From Polyangiaceae bacterium (GTDB taxonomy: Bacteria > Myxococcota_A > Polyangia > Polyangiales > Polyangiaceae): a stretch of 64,000 nt of DNA. The translations under genes and the position numbers were made by a program. The notes beneath the pieces are model-generated. The model was given only the letters and a program-made list of their open reading frames with translations, had not been told where the DNA came from and did not search any database. The stretch is from assembly GCA_044376115.1 (NCBI GenBank), contig JBILLK010000002.1, forward strand, positions 384,001 to 448,000. The letters run 5' to 3'. How positions within the stretch are numbered: position 1 is the first letter of the stretch; each line of letters opens with the position of its first letter. Below, in pieces: positions 28,394 to 37,981 of the stretch.

Positions 28394-29397
28394 GCGCGCT
28401 ATTGAGCGTCGAGGATCTCAAGGTTCACTTCCCGATCCGGCGCGGGCTGCTGATGCGCCAGGTCGGCACGGTGAAGGCGGTGGACGGCGTTTCGTTGCAG
28501 CTCGAACGCGGGGAGACGCTTGGTCTCGTCGGTGAGAGCGGCTGCGGCAAGTCAACGACTGCGCGCGCGATCGCTCGCTTGATCGACGCGACGAGCGGCA
28601 GCGTGAAGCTCGATTCGGAGGAGCTGCTCTCATTGCGCGGCGGTGCGCTGCGCAAAATGCGACGCAACCTGCAGATGGTTTTCCAAGATCCGTTCGCCAG
28701 CCTCAACCCACGCATGACCGTGTTTGATACTTTGGCGGAGCCGCTCATCATCCACGGCGTGGCCAGCGGACGCAGCGAGCTCGAGGAACGTGTCAGCAAG
28801 CTGATGAAGCAGGTCGGGCTGTCGCCGGGCTTCATGCGTCGCTATCCGCACGAGTTCTCCGGCGGCCAACGCCAGAGGATCGGCATCGCGCGCGCGATCG
28901 CGCTGAACCCCAAGGTAGTGTTGCTCGACGAGCCGGTGAGCGCGCTCGACGTTTCCATCCAAGCGCAGATCCTCAACCTGCTTCGTGACCTGCAGGATGA
29001 GCTCGGACTCACCTACTTGTTCGTCGCGCATGATCTCGCGGTCGTGCGCCATGTCTCCACCTCAGTGGCGGTGATGTATCTCGGCCGCATCGTTGAACGC
29101 GCGCCGGGCGAGCTGCTGTTTCGCGCGCCAAAACATCCGTACACGCAGGCGCTCCTCTCGGCGATCCCCCTGCCGGATCCCGCCGCGGAGCGGAAGCGGC
29201 GCAGGCTCGTGTTGCAAGGGGAAGTTCCAAGTCCGATCAACCCTCCGAGCGGATGCACCTTTCATCCGCGCTGCCCGCTGGCCAACGCCCGTTGCTCGAG
29301 CGAAGCTCCGGCGTTGATCCGCGGGGAAAACGGGCACGATGTGTCGTGCCACGCGGTGGAGGAGGGGAGGGAGTCCACCGTGCTCGGGGCCAGCTAG
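28390..29397 (+). CDS. oppF: Oligopeptide ABC ATPase
   Basis: [36 protein letters not shown]. Confidence 0.95.
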   Translation: MSALLSVEDLKVHFPIRRGLLMRQVGTVKAVDGVSLQLERGETLGLVGESGCGKSTTARAIARLIDATSGSVKLDSEELLSLRGGALRKMRRNLQMVFQDPFASLNPRMTVFDTLAEPLIIHGVASGRSELEERVSKLMKQVGLSPGFMRRYPHEFSGGQRQRIGIARAIALNPKVVLLDEPVSALDVSIQAQILNLLRDLQDELGLTYLFVAHDLAVVRHVSTSVAVMYLGRIVERAPGELLFRAPKHPYTQALLSAIPLPDPAAERKRRRLVLQGEVPSPINPPSGCTFHPRCPLANARCSSEAPALIRGENGHDVSCHAVEEGRESTVLGAS

Positions 29398-29446
29398 CCG
29401 CTCGCCGAAAAATCAATATGATGCCCGCCTCACCCAACGAGGTTTT

Positions 29447-29764
29447 ATGGCATCGGTTCGCGCGTCTCACATCCTTCTTATGTACGCTGGCTCCTCGCGC
29501 TCGTCGGCATCGCGGTCCAAAGAGCAAGCAGCCCAACAGATCGCCGCGATTGCGGCTCAAGTTCAAGGCGGCGCCGATTTCGCTGAGTTGGCGCGAGCCC
29601 ACTCCGACTGCCCCTCCAAAGCCAAAGGCGGAGACCTCGGCACCTTCGGTCCTGGGCAGATGGTGAAGGCCTTCGAAGACGCGGCGTTCAACATGCCCGT
29701 TGGCGGTGTTTCAGGCGTGGTCGAGACCGAGTTCGGTTACCACCTGATTCGTCGCACCGCCTGA
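29447..29764 (+). CDS. Parvulin-type peptidyl-prolyl isomerase
   Basis: VRASHILL, SDCPSKAKGGDLG, MVKAFEDAAF, TEFGYHLI. Confidence 0.92.
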   Translation: MASVRASHILLMYAGSSRSSASRSKEQAAQQIAAIAAQVQGGADFAELARAHSDCPSKAKGGDLGTFGPGQMVKAFEDAAFNMPVGGVSGVVETEFGYHLIRRTA

Positions 29765-29779
29765 GCTAGCACTAGGCCC

Positions 29780-29830
29780 AAAAAGAGAGGAGAGACGCGC
29801 CGTCATTCGGTTCGCGTCTCTCTTCATTTT
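29780..29830. terminator. Probable bidirectional intrinsic terminator between parvulin and tRNA genes
   Basis: GAGAGACGCG...CGCGTCTCTC stem with an A-run before and a T-rich run after. Confidence 0.7.
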
Positions 29831-29848
29831 GTTCAGCAGCTCTTCGTG

Positions 29849-29871
29849 GTTCCACCGAAGTGGATGCAGCA
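29849..29871. repeat. Partial REP-like arm
   Basis: GTTCCACCGAAGTGGATGCAGCA matches the arm consensus with compensatory stem changes. Confidence 0.65.
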
Positions 29872-29962
29872 TCGTTCACCAATCCGGTGAGCGATTCGAG
29901 AAGACAAAAGCCAAACAGCCCACCACCGAAGTGGAAGGCTGCTGACTTACTACTCGTTACTG

Positions 29963-30036
<74 letters not shown>

Positions 30037-30132
30037 AATGAAAACCCAAAACATCTGGGGTACATCGGGTTACTGCTTATCGCTGACTCGCTGCTTTTGC
30101 CATCCAACTGAAACTTTTGCAACAGTTGAATT

Positions 30133-30207
30133 TGGTAGGCGGGACAGGGATCGAACCTGCGACCAACGGCGTGTAAAGCCGCCGCTCTACCGCTGAGCTA
30201 CCCGCCC
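30133..30207 (-). tRNA. tRNA-Val(TAC), CCA encoded
   Basis: GGGCGGGTAGCTCAGCGG...TTTACAC...GGTTCGATCC...CCCGCCTACCA. Confidence 0.95.
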
Positions 30208-30224
30208 GGGCGAAGAGCTTGCGC

Positions 30225-30252
30225 AGAATAGCCTCATCCTCAGATACGTCAA
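30225..30252 (-). promoter_or_regulatory. Sigma70-type promoter of the tRNA-Val/Asp unit
   Basis: TTGACG-16 nt-TATTCT followed by a GC-rich discriminator, 17 nt before tRNA-Val. Confidence 0.65.
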
Positions 30253-30307
30253 CAAAATTCTTCAGCTTCAACTCAGATAGGTGGTGAGTGATACTGACTC
30301 GCGCAAA

Positions 30308-30412
30308 TTCCACCGAAAGTGCATGCAGCAAACTGAGTGAATTGTGCCATCTTCGTAGGATCAGCGAAGGTCCTTCGAAACTGCGCAAGTCATTCAGACG
30401 AAGTTTGATGCA
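30308..30412. repeat. REP/REPIN-like element, long degenerate copy
   Basis: TTCCACCGAAAGTGCATGCAGCAAACTGAGTGAATTGTGCCATCTTCGTAGGATCAGCGAAGG aligns with the reverse complement of 48160-48231; the far arm reads AAGTCATT...GTTTGATGCA. Confidence 0.7.
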
Positions 30413-30457
30413 GTGACGAACCTTGGGACGCATTCAAACGTAAGGCCGGAGAGACCT

Positions 30458-32380
30458 ATGCTTTCACGCTCATCCATTCTTTGGCCGATGCTCGGTTTGG
30501 TGTCCGCCCTTGGTTGCGGAGCCGGCTCCAGTGACAACAGCGCTGGCGGTGGTGGCGCAGGCGGCGCACCTGCTTGCACGCCGATCGGGGCAACCTGCGC
30601 AGTGTCCTTCTCCTTCCCGCTGTCGAATGAAAGCTCGGTCGAGCTTCGCGGCGATTTTGCGGCCGGGGCATGGGAGCAAGGCGTGCCCATGGAGATCGAC
30701 GCCGGTTCGTGGCGCGTCACCATCCAAGCGCCTGCGGGTGAGACCATCCGCTACAAGTTCTTTGTCAACGGCAAGGACTGGGTTCTCGATCCGGCCAACC
30801 CGAACGCTGAAGACGACGGGCTCGGTTCGCAAAACTCGGTCAAGACCGTCGAGTGCGCCAACCCCATTTGTGAGGAGGGAGAGGGCGGGCAGGGGGCCGG
30901 CGTACCTCCCGGCGCCTTCGACTGGCGCTCCGCGGTGCTCTACTTCGTGTTCATCGACCGCTTCAAGAACGGCGATGTCACCAATGACAATCCGGTCGCG
31001 GGTGTCGAGCCTGCGGCCAACTATCAAGGCGGAGATTACGCGGGCCTCCTCGAGACGATCGAATCCGGCTACTTCGAAGAGCTCGGCGTAAACGCCTTGT
31101 GGCTCACGGTGCCGATGGACAACCCCAACATCATCGGGCCCGGCGCTGACGGTCGCGCCTACAGCGCCTATCACGGCTACTGGCCCTCCGATCTGCTCAA
31201 GGTCGAGGAGCATTTTGGTGACATGGCCTTGCTCAAGCAGGTGATCGCTGCTGCCCATGAACGTGGGATCAAAGTGCTGTTCGACTACGCGATGAACCAC
31301 GTGCACGAGTCGAACCCGCTCTTTACCGAACAGCCAGGCTACTTCTGGTCTCTCGATTTCGAGGGTCGTTACTGCGTGTGCGGAGATGGCTGCAGTTGGG
31401 ACGGCTATGAAGGCAGGCGCTGTTGGTTCCGCGACTACTTGCCCGACTGGAACTTCCAAAGCGCCGAGGCGCGCGCTGCCAGCATCGATAACGCCATGTG
31501 GTGGATCAAAGAGACGGGCGTTGACGGCTACCGTCTCGACGCGATCAAACACATCGAGACAGTTTGGGTCGAGGATCTGCGCAAGCGGGTCAACGCCGAG
31601 GTCGACCAAACGAAGGGCCGCTTTTACATGGTTGGGGAGACCTTTGAGACCGGTAACCGCGACGTCATTCGTCAGTATGTCGGGGAGGACCTGCTGGACG
31701 GCCAGTTCGACTTCCCGCTGCGCGGCGCCGTGGTGGAGAACATCCTGCGACGCCAGGGCACCATGTTCGACCTCGACAATTTCCTCGCCACGAATGACAC
31801 CTACTACCCGGGCCTGATGTCGACGTTCATCGGCAATCACGACATCCCGCGGGTGATCCAAACGGCGCTCGATAGCCCTTGGGGCGCCTGGGACAACGGC
31901 GGCGATTCGAACTGGAACAACCCGCCGGGGCAACCGCCCAACCGCTCTCCTTACGAGCGCCTCAGCCTGGGATTCACCTTCATCTTCACGACGCCCGGCG
32001 TACCGCTCGTTTATTATGGTGACGAGATCGGCTTGGCAGGGTCAGGGGATCCGGACAATCGTCGCTTCATGCAGTGGGAGGGCACCAACACCCACCAGCA
32101 GTGGCTGAACGAGCAACTCAAGAAGCTTGGCGCCATCCGCAAGGAGCGCACTGAGCTGTGGGCGGGCAAGCGCTCGACGGTATTTGTGGGTAACGATGTG
32201 TACGCCTACCGCATGACCCAGGGCGCGAAGAGCACCGTGATCGTGATCAACCGCGGAGATCTCCCGGCCGAAGTGGACAACCTCCCGGCCGACGCCTCGG
32301 ACAGTTTGAGCGGTGAGCCGGTCGCCGGTCCGAAGGCCACCATCCCCGCCCGAACCGCCTGGATTCTCTCAGAGAATTAA
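30458..32380 (+). CDS. GH13 alpha-amylase family lipoprotein with N-terminal CBM48-like domain
   Basis: Lipobox ALGC, YKFFVNGKDW, YHGYW, DYAMNH, GYRLDAIKH, GETF, GNHD. Confidence 0.9.
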   Translation: MLSRSSILWPMLGLVSALGCGAGSSDNSAGGGGAGGAPACTPIGATCAVSFSFPLSNESSVELRGDFAAGAWEQGVPMEIDAGSWRVTIQAPAGETIRYKFFVNGKDWVLDPANPNAEDDGLGSQNSVKTVECANPICEEGEGGQGAGVPPGAFDWRSAVLYFVFIDRFKNGDVTNDNPVAGVEPAANYQGGDYAGLLETIESGYFEELGVNALWLTVPMDNPNIIGPGADGRAYSAYHGYWPSDLLKVEEHFGDMALLKQVIAAAHERGIKVLFDYAMNHVHESNPLFTEQPGYFWSLDFEGRYCVCGDGCSWDGYEGRRCWFRDYLPDWNFQSAEARAASIDNAMWWIKETGVDGYRLDAIKHIETVWVEDLRKRVNAEVDQTKGRFYMVGETFETGNRDVIRQYVGEDLLDGQFDFPLRGAVVENILRRQGTMFDLDNFLATNDTYYPGLMSTFIGNHDIPRVIQTALDSPWGAWDNGGDSNWNNPPGQPPNRSPYERLSLGFTFIFTTPGVPLVYYGDEIGLAGSGDPDNRRFMQWEGTNTHQQWLNEQLKKLGAIRKERTELWAGKRSTVFVGNDVYAYRMTQGAKSTVIVINRGDLPAEVDNLPADASDSLSGEPVAGPKATIPARTAWILSEN

Positions 32381-32425
32381 GGAGAAACCTTTCCGTTCGC
32401 GACGCTTTGAGATACGAACGACCCC

Positions 32426-32526
32426 AAATGACTCGTGCCGAGGTGATGGTCCAACGGGGGCCTGCAGCCGTTCTTGTAGAAAAGGGCCCGAGTCATTCTG
32501 TGTTCTAGTCCGCCTTCGGCGGAACC
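32426..32526. repeat. REP/REPIN-like element, long copy
   Basis: AAATGACTCGTGCC...GGGCCCGAGTCATT inverted repeat followed by the TCCGCCTTCGGCGGAACC hairpin. Confidence 0.8.
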
Positions 32527-32541
32527 TTAAAGGGGTGTGTC

Positions 32542-33501
32542 ATGGCGGAGCGAATCGGGCTGTTGTGTGGATGGGAAGAATCGTTTCCGAACGAGTTTCT
32601 TGCTCGGTGCAACAAGGTGCCCGGGATCGAAGCTGACTTTGCAAAGCTCGGCGGGACAGCTGAGCGCTTCACTTCTCCCTACCGAGTGCTGATCGACCGC
32701 ATCAGCCAGGAAGTGAAGCACTACCGGTTCCACCTCAAGGCAGCGGCTTTGGCCGGCACCTACGTCGTCAATGATCCGCTGTGGTGGAGCGCTGACGACA
32801 AGTTCTTTGGCTACTCCTTGGTGCAGCGCGCGGGCGTCGCGGTCCCGCGAACTGTGATGTTGCCGCAGAAGGATTACGTCGCCGCCATCGACAAGAAGCG
32901 CAGCTTGCGCAACCTCGAGTACCCGCTGAACTGGGAGGCGATCGTCGCGTACGTTGGTTTCCCGGCGATCCTGAAGCCGGCTGACGGCGGCGGCTGGCGC
33001 GACGTGAGCGTAGTGAAGAGCCCCAGCGAGCTGCTGCGCGCCTATGACGCCTCATCGACGAACGTGATGGTGCTGCAGGAGTTCATCGACTTCGAGGAGT
33101 ACGTGCGCTGCATCTGCATCGGCAAGGATCGCATCCTGCCGATTCAGTACAGCCCGGCGCGGCGCGCCTACATCGTGAACGACAACAACGATTGGATCGA
33201 CAAGGCCGTGTACGAGCGGATCATGGAGGACTCGGTCAAGGTCAACAAGATCCTCGGCTACGACATGAACTCCGTCGAGTTCGCTGTCAAAGACGGCATC
33301 CCGTACGCCATCGACTTCACCAATCCCGCTCCCGACATGGACATCTGGAGCATCCAGGAGAAGTACTTCAACATCGTCGTCGATTGGATGGTTGAGTTCT
33401 CGGTTGGGCTCGCCAAAGACAAGACAAAGACCATGACCGACACCTACCGTTGGGCGCAGTACGCTGGTCCGCAGCCGCACCCGCTCGGAGATCCGAAGTG
33501 A
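32542..33501 (+). CDS. ATP-grasp (RimK/glutathione synthase-like) ligase
   Basis: DDKF, FPAILKPADGGGW, LQEFI, SVEFAV..AIDFTN. Confidence 0.85.
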   Translation: MAERIGLLCGWEESFPNEFLARCNKVPGIEADFAKLGGTAERFTSPYRVLIDRISQEVKHYRFHLKAAALAGTYVVNDPLWWSADDKFFGYSLVQRAGVAVPRTVMLPQKDYVAAIDKKRSLRNLEYPLNWEAIVAYVGFPAILKPADGGGWRDVSVVKSPSELLRAYDASSTNVMVLQEFIDFEEYVRCICIGKDRILPIQYSPARRAYIVNDNNDWIDKAVYERIMEDSVKVNKILGYDMNSVEFAVKDGIPYAIDFTNPAPDMDIWSIQEKYFNIVVDWMVEFSVGLAKDKTKTMTDTYRWAQYAGPQPHPLGDPK

Positions 33502-33529
33502 GGCATTGGAACGGGGAGGGGAGTAGACC

Positions 33530-34657
33530 ATGACCGACGTTCAAGGGCTTTTGGACGGGCAGTTCACGCTCGGCATCGAGGAGGAGTTTCAGATCGTCCA
33601 TGGCGAGACGAGGGAGCTCCACTCTTACGTGAGCCAAATCCTCGACGAGACACCGGAGGGCAGCATCCTTCGCGAGCGCGTGCGTCCGGAGATGCACCAA
33701 TCGGTGGTTGAGACCGGGACCGGAATCTGTCGGGATCTGAAGCAAGCGCGCGAAGAGATCACCGAGCTGCGCGGGAGCCTCTCGCAACTTGCGCGCAAAG
33801 GCGGCATGCGCATCGTCGCGGCCGGGACTCACCCTTTCAGCGACTGGAAGACGCAAGAGATCACGAACCGCGAGCGCTACCACACGGTCGTTGAAGACCT
33901 GCAGGACATCGCACGTGGCAACCTCGTGTTCGGACTGCACGTTCACGTGGGAATCAAGGACAAAGAGGTTGGGATGGCGCTGGCCAACGAGGTCCGCTAC
34001 TTCCTGCCTCACATCCTCGCCCTTTCCACCTCCAGCCCGTTTTGGATCGGCCGACTTACCGGTCTCAAGAGCACGCGCAGCGAGATCTTCAAGCGTTTCC
34101 CGCGAACTGGCATCCCAGCCAAGTTCGAGAGCTACAAGAGCTTTGAGTCCTTCGTCGACCTGCTGATCAGCACCGGCTGCATCGACAACGCGAAGAAGAT
34201 CTGGTGGGACGTACGTTGCCACCCCTTCTTCGACACCGTTGAAGTTCGCATCTGCGACATGACCACCCGGGTGGACGACACGCTCGCCATCGCAGCTTTG
34301 GTTCAGGCCCTGATGGGCAAGCTGTACTTGCTCTACCGCCGCAACCAGGGCTGGCGCGAGTACAACCACATGCTGATCGAAGAGAACAAATGGCGCGCCG
34401 TGCGCTACGGCATGGAGGGCCAGCTGATCGACTTCGGTAAGCGCGCTGCGGTGCCGACGAGCGTGCTCGTTGAGGAGCTCCTCGACTTCGTGTCGGAGGC
34501 GGCTGACATCTTCCACACCCAAGACGAGCTCGACCGCATCCGAGCCATCTGCCGCGAGGGTACGAGCGCCGATCGTCAGACGCGCGTGTTCAAAGAAACA
34601 GGCAGTCTGAAGGCTGTCGTCGACGACTTGGCCGAGCAAACCACGCTCGGAACATAG
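33530..34657 (+). CDS. ybdK: Carboxylate-amine ligase (YbdK/GCS2 family)
   Basis: FTLGIEEEFQ, AAGTHPF, FGLHVHVG, SSPFW, IWWDVR, TVEVRICD, NKWRAVRYG. Confidence 0.92.
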   Translation: MTDVQGLLDGQFTLGIEEEFQIVHGETRELHSYVSQILDETPEGSILRERVRPEMHQSVVETGTGICRDLKQAREEITELRGSLSQLARKGGMRIVAAGTHPFSDWKTQEITNRERYHTVVEDLQDIARGNLVFGLHVHVGIKDKEVGMALANEVRYFLPHILALSTSSPFWIGRLTGLKSTRSEIFKRFPRTGIPAKFESYKSFESFVDLLISTGCIDNAKKIWWDVRCHPFFDTVEVRICDMTTRVDDTLAIAALVQALMGKLYLLYRRNQGWREYNHMLIEENKWRAVRYGMEGQLIDFGKRAAVPTSVLVEELLDFVSEAADIFHTQDELDRIRAICREGTSADRQTRVFKETGSLKAVVDDLAEQTTLGT

Positions 34658-34716
34658 AAGCTCCCGTCAACAACTTGGTGGCCGGGGTATCGGTTTGCTA
34701 CCGTTGCCTCGGCGAC

Positions 34717-35511
34717 ATGAAATCGAAGGTCATTCGGATGGAACCCAGGGCCGTGTACGTGATGGGCGCTCTCGCGACTTGCACGTTCTTTCTGTCGTGG
34801 GTCGCTGGCTGCGCGACCACGCAGTTCCACAAAGAGGGCCCTGGGCAGCCCGACGACAAGAGCTACGGTGCTGTGCCGATCGGCATGGTAGGCGTTTGCA
34901 AACGCGCCTTCACGCAGCGCCCGCCGATCGTCAACGAGCAGCTTTGGGAGCACGCCAAGATCTGCAAGGTCGACACGCCCAAAGACTTCCTCCGGCTCGG
35001 CTACGGCCACGAGAACGCAATCGAGGACAAGCGCAAGGTAGACCGCATGATGGGCGCCTTGCGCGAGGGTCCCAAAAACGAGGGTGGCAACACCACCGTG
35101 CTGACCATGTTGCGGTCGATTCGCTCGGAGGGGCTGAAGGACAAATACCTCAACAATCGAGTGAACCGTGAGTCCACCCGCACGGCCGTGTGCGACTTCA
35201 CCTACTTGCTCAACACCATGGAGAGCGAGTCGGCGCGGCTCAAGAACGGCGATACCTGCGCTGTCTATGCGTACGACCAGATCGACCGCAAGGAGGTCTG
35301 CCTGTTCGACACCCAGGTCCACGAGGCAGTCTGGCTAACGAGCGCCTGGGCCTGCATGACGCGCACCGGTTCGATCGGGAAAGGTGAGAGTTGCCACAAA
35401 CTTTGCGCCTACGACGACTATTGTTCGCGCCAGGTGAGCTGCGCTCAGCCCGATGTGGATCTGGCGTTGTGCGCCCTCGGAGTTTGTACGCCCGAACCTG
35501 AAGCGATCTGA
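34717..35511 (+). CDS. Cys-rich hypothetical lipoprotein (start approximate)
   Basis: Lipobox VAGC, about a dozen Cys, GC-biased codon usage. Confidence 0.7.
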   Translation: MKSKVIRMEPRAVYVMGALATCTFFLSWVAGCATTQFHKEGPGQPDDKSYGAVPIGMVGVCKRAFTQRPPIVNEQLWEHAKICKVDTPKDFLRLGYGHENAIEDKRKVDRMMGALREGPKNEGGNTTVLTMLRSIRSEGLKDKYLNNRVNRESTRTAVCDFTYLLNTMESESARLKNGDTCAVYAYDQIDRKEVCLFDTQVHEAVWLTSAWACMTRTGSIGKGESCHKLCAYDDYCSRQVSCAQPDVDLALCALGVCTPEPEAI

Positions 35512-35616
35512 CTCGGCAGCAGCCCGTAACGGCTGGTTCGATCGAGGCGCGGCTTTCGTTCGCGCCACGTTGGTTGCGCTTGCCGAACTGCGCGTGTTCG
35601 TGGACCATCGCAACAA

Positions 35617-37299
35617 ATGAGCGTCGCACTGCCGATTCCGGAGCCTCGTACGGAGGATGACGAGGACGTTCATTGGGCGCTTTCAACAGCGTCCGCATTG
35701 TGGGCGAGGGGAGAACCGCAAGAAGCGTTGAAGTGGTTGAGGCGAGCTGCGGAAACGGCCTCGGACGCTAACCGGGATGACCGCTCGCTCGAGCTCTTCA
35801 AGGCCGCCGCAGATTTTGCAAACGGGCTGCAAAAGCGTCCTGAATCGGTGGCCCCTGCACCAACGCGCTCGGCTCCGCCTCCTCATCCGCATGCTTCAAC
35901 ACCGCCACCGCCTGCGGTTGCGTTACGGTCGGCTCCGCCTCCCGCCGCACAATCGGCTCCGCCTCCCGCCGCACAATCGGCTCCGCCTCCTGCGCCGTCC
36001 CGAGGCAATGGTCCGCCGCCGCTCGTCCGTCAGCCCGCTCATCAGGCGCATGCGGTCCAGCCGCAGCATCAGCAGGCTCCACCCCAGTTCCCGCCGCAGC
36101 ATCAGCAGCATCAGCAGGCTCCACCTCAGTTCCCGCCGCCGCCACAACAGCATCAAGCGCCGCCGCAACAGCATCAGCAGACCCAGCATCAGCAGACCCA
36201 GCCGTTTGCAACGGGCAGGGTGCACGCCCCTCCGGTTAAGCAAACCGTTGCGATGACGCCGCCTCCAGCGCAGGTTGCGGCTGCGTCCCGCCAGCAGCTC
36301 CCGCCGGAATGGGCGCCACCGCCGGCGCCTCTGAGCGCTCCTTCAGGCCCGTTCCAAGCACGGCAGGCACCAGCGAGTGAGGCGTTTGCACCGACGCTTC
36401 CACATCCCAACGTCGGCGCAGCTTCATGGCAGCAAGCGGATGAGCAAGCCACGTCGCGCGTACCCATCACCGACGTCGATGCAGCGTTGCGCAAGATGGA
36501 TCCGGCGCCGGCGAAGACGTTGGCGAGCAACGTCCACTACGTTGCGGAAGCGGCGGACCCGTCGTTGCGGAAGACGGCGCGCTCCTCCAAGCCGGTCGCG
36601 GTCAGCAATGAGCGCGCGACCGATCCCGGCGTTGGTCCCGCGCTAGAGACGGCGCAGCCCAAGGCAAAGCGGCGCGCCACCCAATCAGGCCGCAAGACGA
36701 CAACCAAGATTCCGGTCGACCCAAGCGATGTAGCCGCGACGCGCATGGTCGCTCCGCCGTACCAACCAATCCCTGGCGTACCCTCAGGCAACGTGCCGAT
36801 CGTTGAGCTCGACTCGCGCCGAGCAGAGCCGGCCACGAACAACCACCGCTTCGAGGATGAAGGCACGCTCGAACAACACGCAACGCTGGTGGGCGTTTCC
36901 TATGATCTCGATGAGCAGACCAACGTCCTAAGCGGTCTCGAATCAAACATCGTTTTGCAGGCGAATACGGCTGAGAAAACCGATGCGGAGCACGCTGACC
37001 CGCAGTCGGAGCTTGGCTATCTGAACGAGCGCAAAGATGAACTGGCGTCCTTGGAGACAACGCCAACGAGTGAACTGGCGCGTGACCGCCCGCCAACCGA
37101 GCGGCCGCCGAGTGAAGCGTTGCGTTCGTTGGCCGCTTATCGAATCGCGCTTGGGCGCACGCCGAACGGCGGGCTTGAGGTGAAGTTGCTCGCACCGGGT
37201 GAGCCAACCCCGGCCGGTCGGGTTGGCGCGATCCTGGTGCCAACCGACGCCATCTCGAGCAGCTCTCTTTTCGATCTTTTAACCGCTAAGCCGCGCTGA
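35617..37299 (+). CDS. Hypothetical protein with Pro/Gln-rich disordered core
   Basis: Helical N-domain, SAPPP and QHQQAPPQF repeats, short folded-looking C-domain. Confidence 0.72.
   Translation: MSVALPIPEPRTEDDEDVHWALSTASALWARGEPQEALKWLRRAAETASDANRDDRSLELFKAAADFANGLQKRPESVAPAPTRSAPPPHPHASTPPPPAVALRSAPPPAAQSAPPPAAQSAPPPAPSRGNGPPPLVRQPAHQAHAVQPQHQQAPPQFPPQHQQHQQAPPQFPPPPQQHQAPPQQHQQTQHQQTQPFATGRVHAPPVKQTVAMTPPPAQVAAASRQQLPPEWAPPPAPLSAPSGPFQARQAPASEAFAPTLPHPNVGAASWQQADEQATSRVPITDVDAALRKMDPAPAKTLASNVHYVAEAADPSLRKTARSSKPVAVSNERATDPGVGPALETAQPKAKRRATQSGRKTTTKIPVDPSDVAATRMVAPPYQPIPGVPSGNVPIVELDSRRAEPATNNHRFEDEGTLEQHATLVGVSYDLDEQTNVLSGLESNIVLQANTAEKTDAEHADPQSELGYLNERKDELASLETTPTSELARDRPPTERPPSEALRSLAAYRIALGRTPNGGLEVKLLAPGEPTPAGRVGAILVPTDAISSSSLFDLLTAKPR
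35926..36200 (+). repeat. Intragenic tandem repeats (24-bp QSAPPPAA units; CAG-rich QHQQ units)
   Basis: TCGGCTCCGCCTCCCGCCGCACAA repeated; CAGCATCAGCAG repeated. Confidence 0.75.
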
Positions 37300-37325
37300 T
37301 TTACCCTCAGCGCCATGAGGATGGG

Positions 37326-37874
37326 ATGAGCGAGAACGAGCAGCGCGAACCGCCGCAGCGTGTGCGGCTGGAGAAGTTGCAAGAAGTCCACGTGCCCGAG
37401 CTGGTGAAGCTGGATTACGCATGTTCAGCTCTTTATTGGGAGCTTGGCTTCGATGCGGCCGAGGTTCCGACACGGACGCACGGCGACTTTTACCGGCTGC
37501 CAAAGAGCAACGCTGTCTGGGTTGCCGAAGCAGACGGTACCGTCGCAGGCTTCATCGCGTACCACGACGAGGAGCCCGGGGTCGGGTTCGTTGAAGACCT
37601 GAGCGTGCACCCAGAGTTTCAGCGTTGGGGCATAGGACGCAGGCTCATGGAGCGTGCGCTGAGCGAACTCGGCCACCTCGGCTTTAGCGAGGTGGTGCTC
37701 AAGGTGTTCGAGCGGGCCAGCTGGGCGACCGCGTTCTACGACGCGCTCGGATTCGCCGAATGGACCGACGAGGTTCCTCCGAAACTACGAGAATGGCGGG
37801 AATCCAAGGTGGATACCGAGGACCGACCGCTGTTGCGACACGGCCAGAAATTACTCTGGCGAAAGTTAACATAA
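37326..37874 (+). CDS. GNAT family N-acetyltransferase
   Basis: LSVHPEFQRWGIGRRLM acetyl-CoA motif, AFYDALGF. Confidence 0.88.
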   Translation: MSENEQREPPQRVRLEKLQEVHVPELVKLDYACSALYWELGFDAAEVPTRTHGDFYRLPKSNAVWVAEADGTVAGFIAYHDEEPGVGFVEDLSVHPEFQRWGIGRRLMERALSELGHLGFSEVVLKVFERASWATAFYDALGFAEWTDEVPPKLREWRESKVDTEDRPLLRHGQKLLWRKLT

Positions 37875-37907
37875 TCTTTCTTATGCGACATTGCCCGGTA
37901 CGAAAGC

Positions 37908-37929
37908 GGGGCAGGTCTCTGCCTGCCCC
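37908..37929. terminator. GC-rich hairpin between convergent genes
   Basis: GGGGCAGG-TCTCTG-CCTGCCCC; U-tract weak. Confidence 0.45.
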
Positions 37930-37981
37930 AAACGGCCAACCGCTCTAAATCGGCCAACCAGCGCCCGGCCGGCCAGCGACC

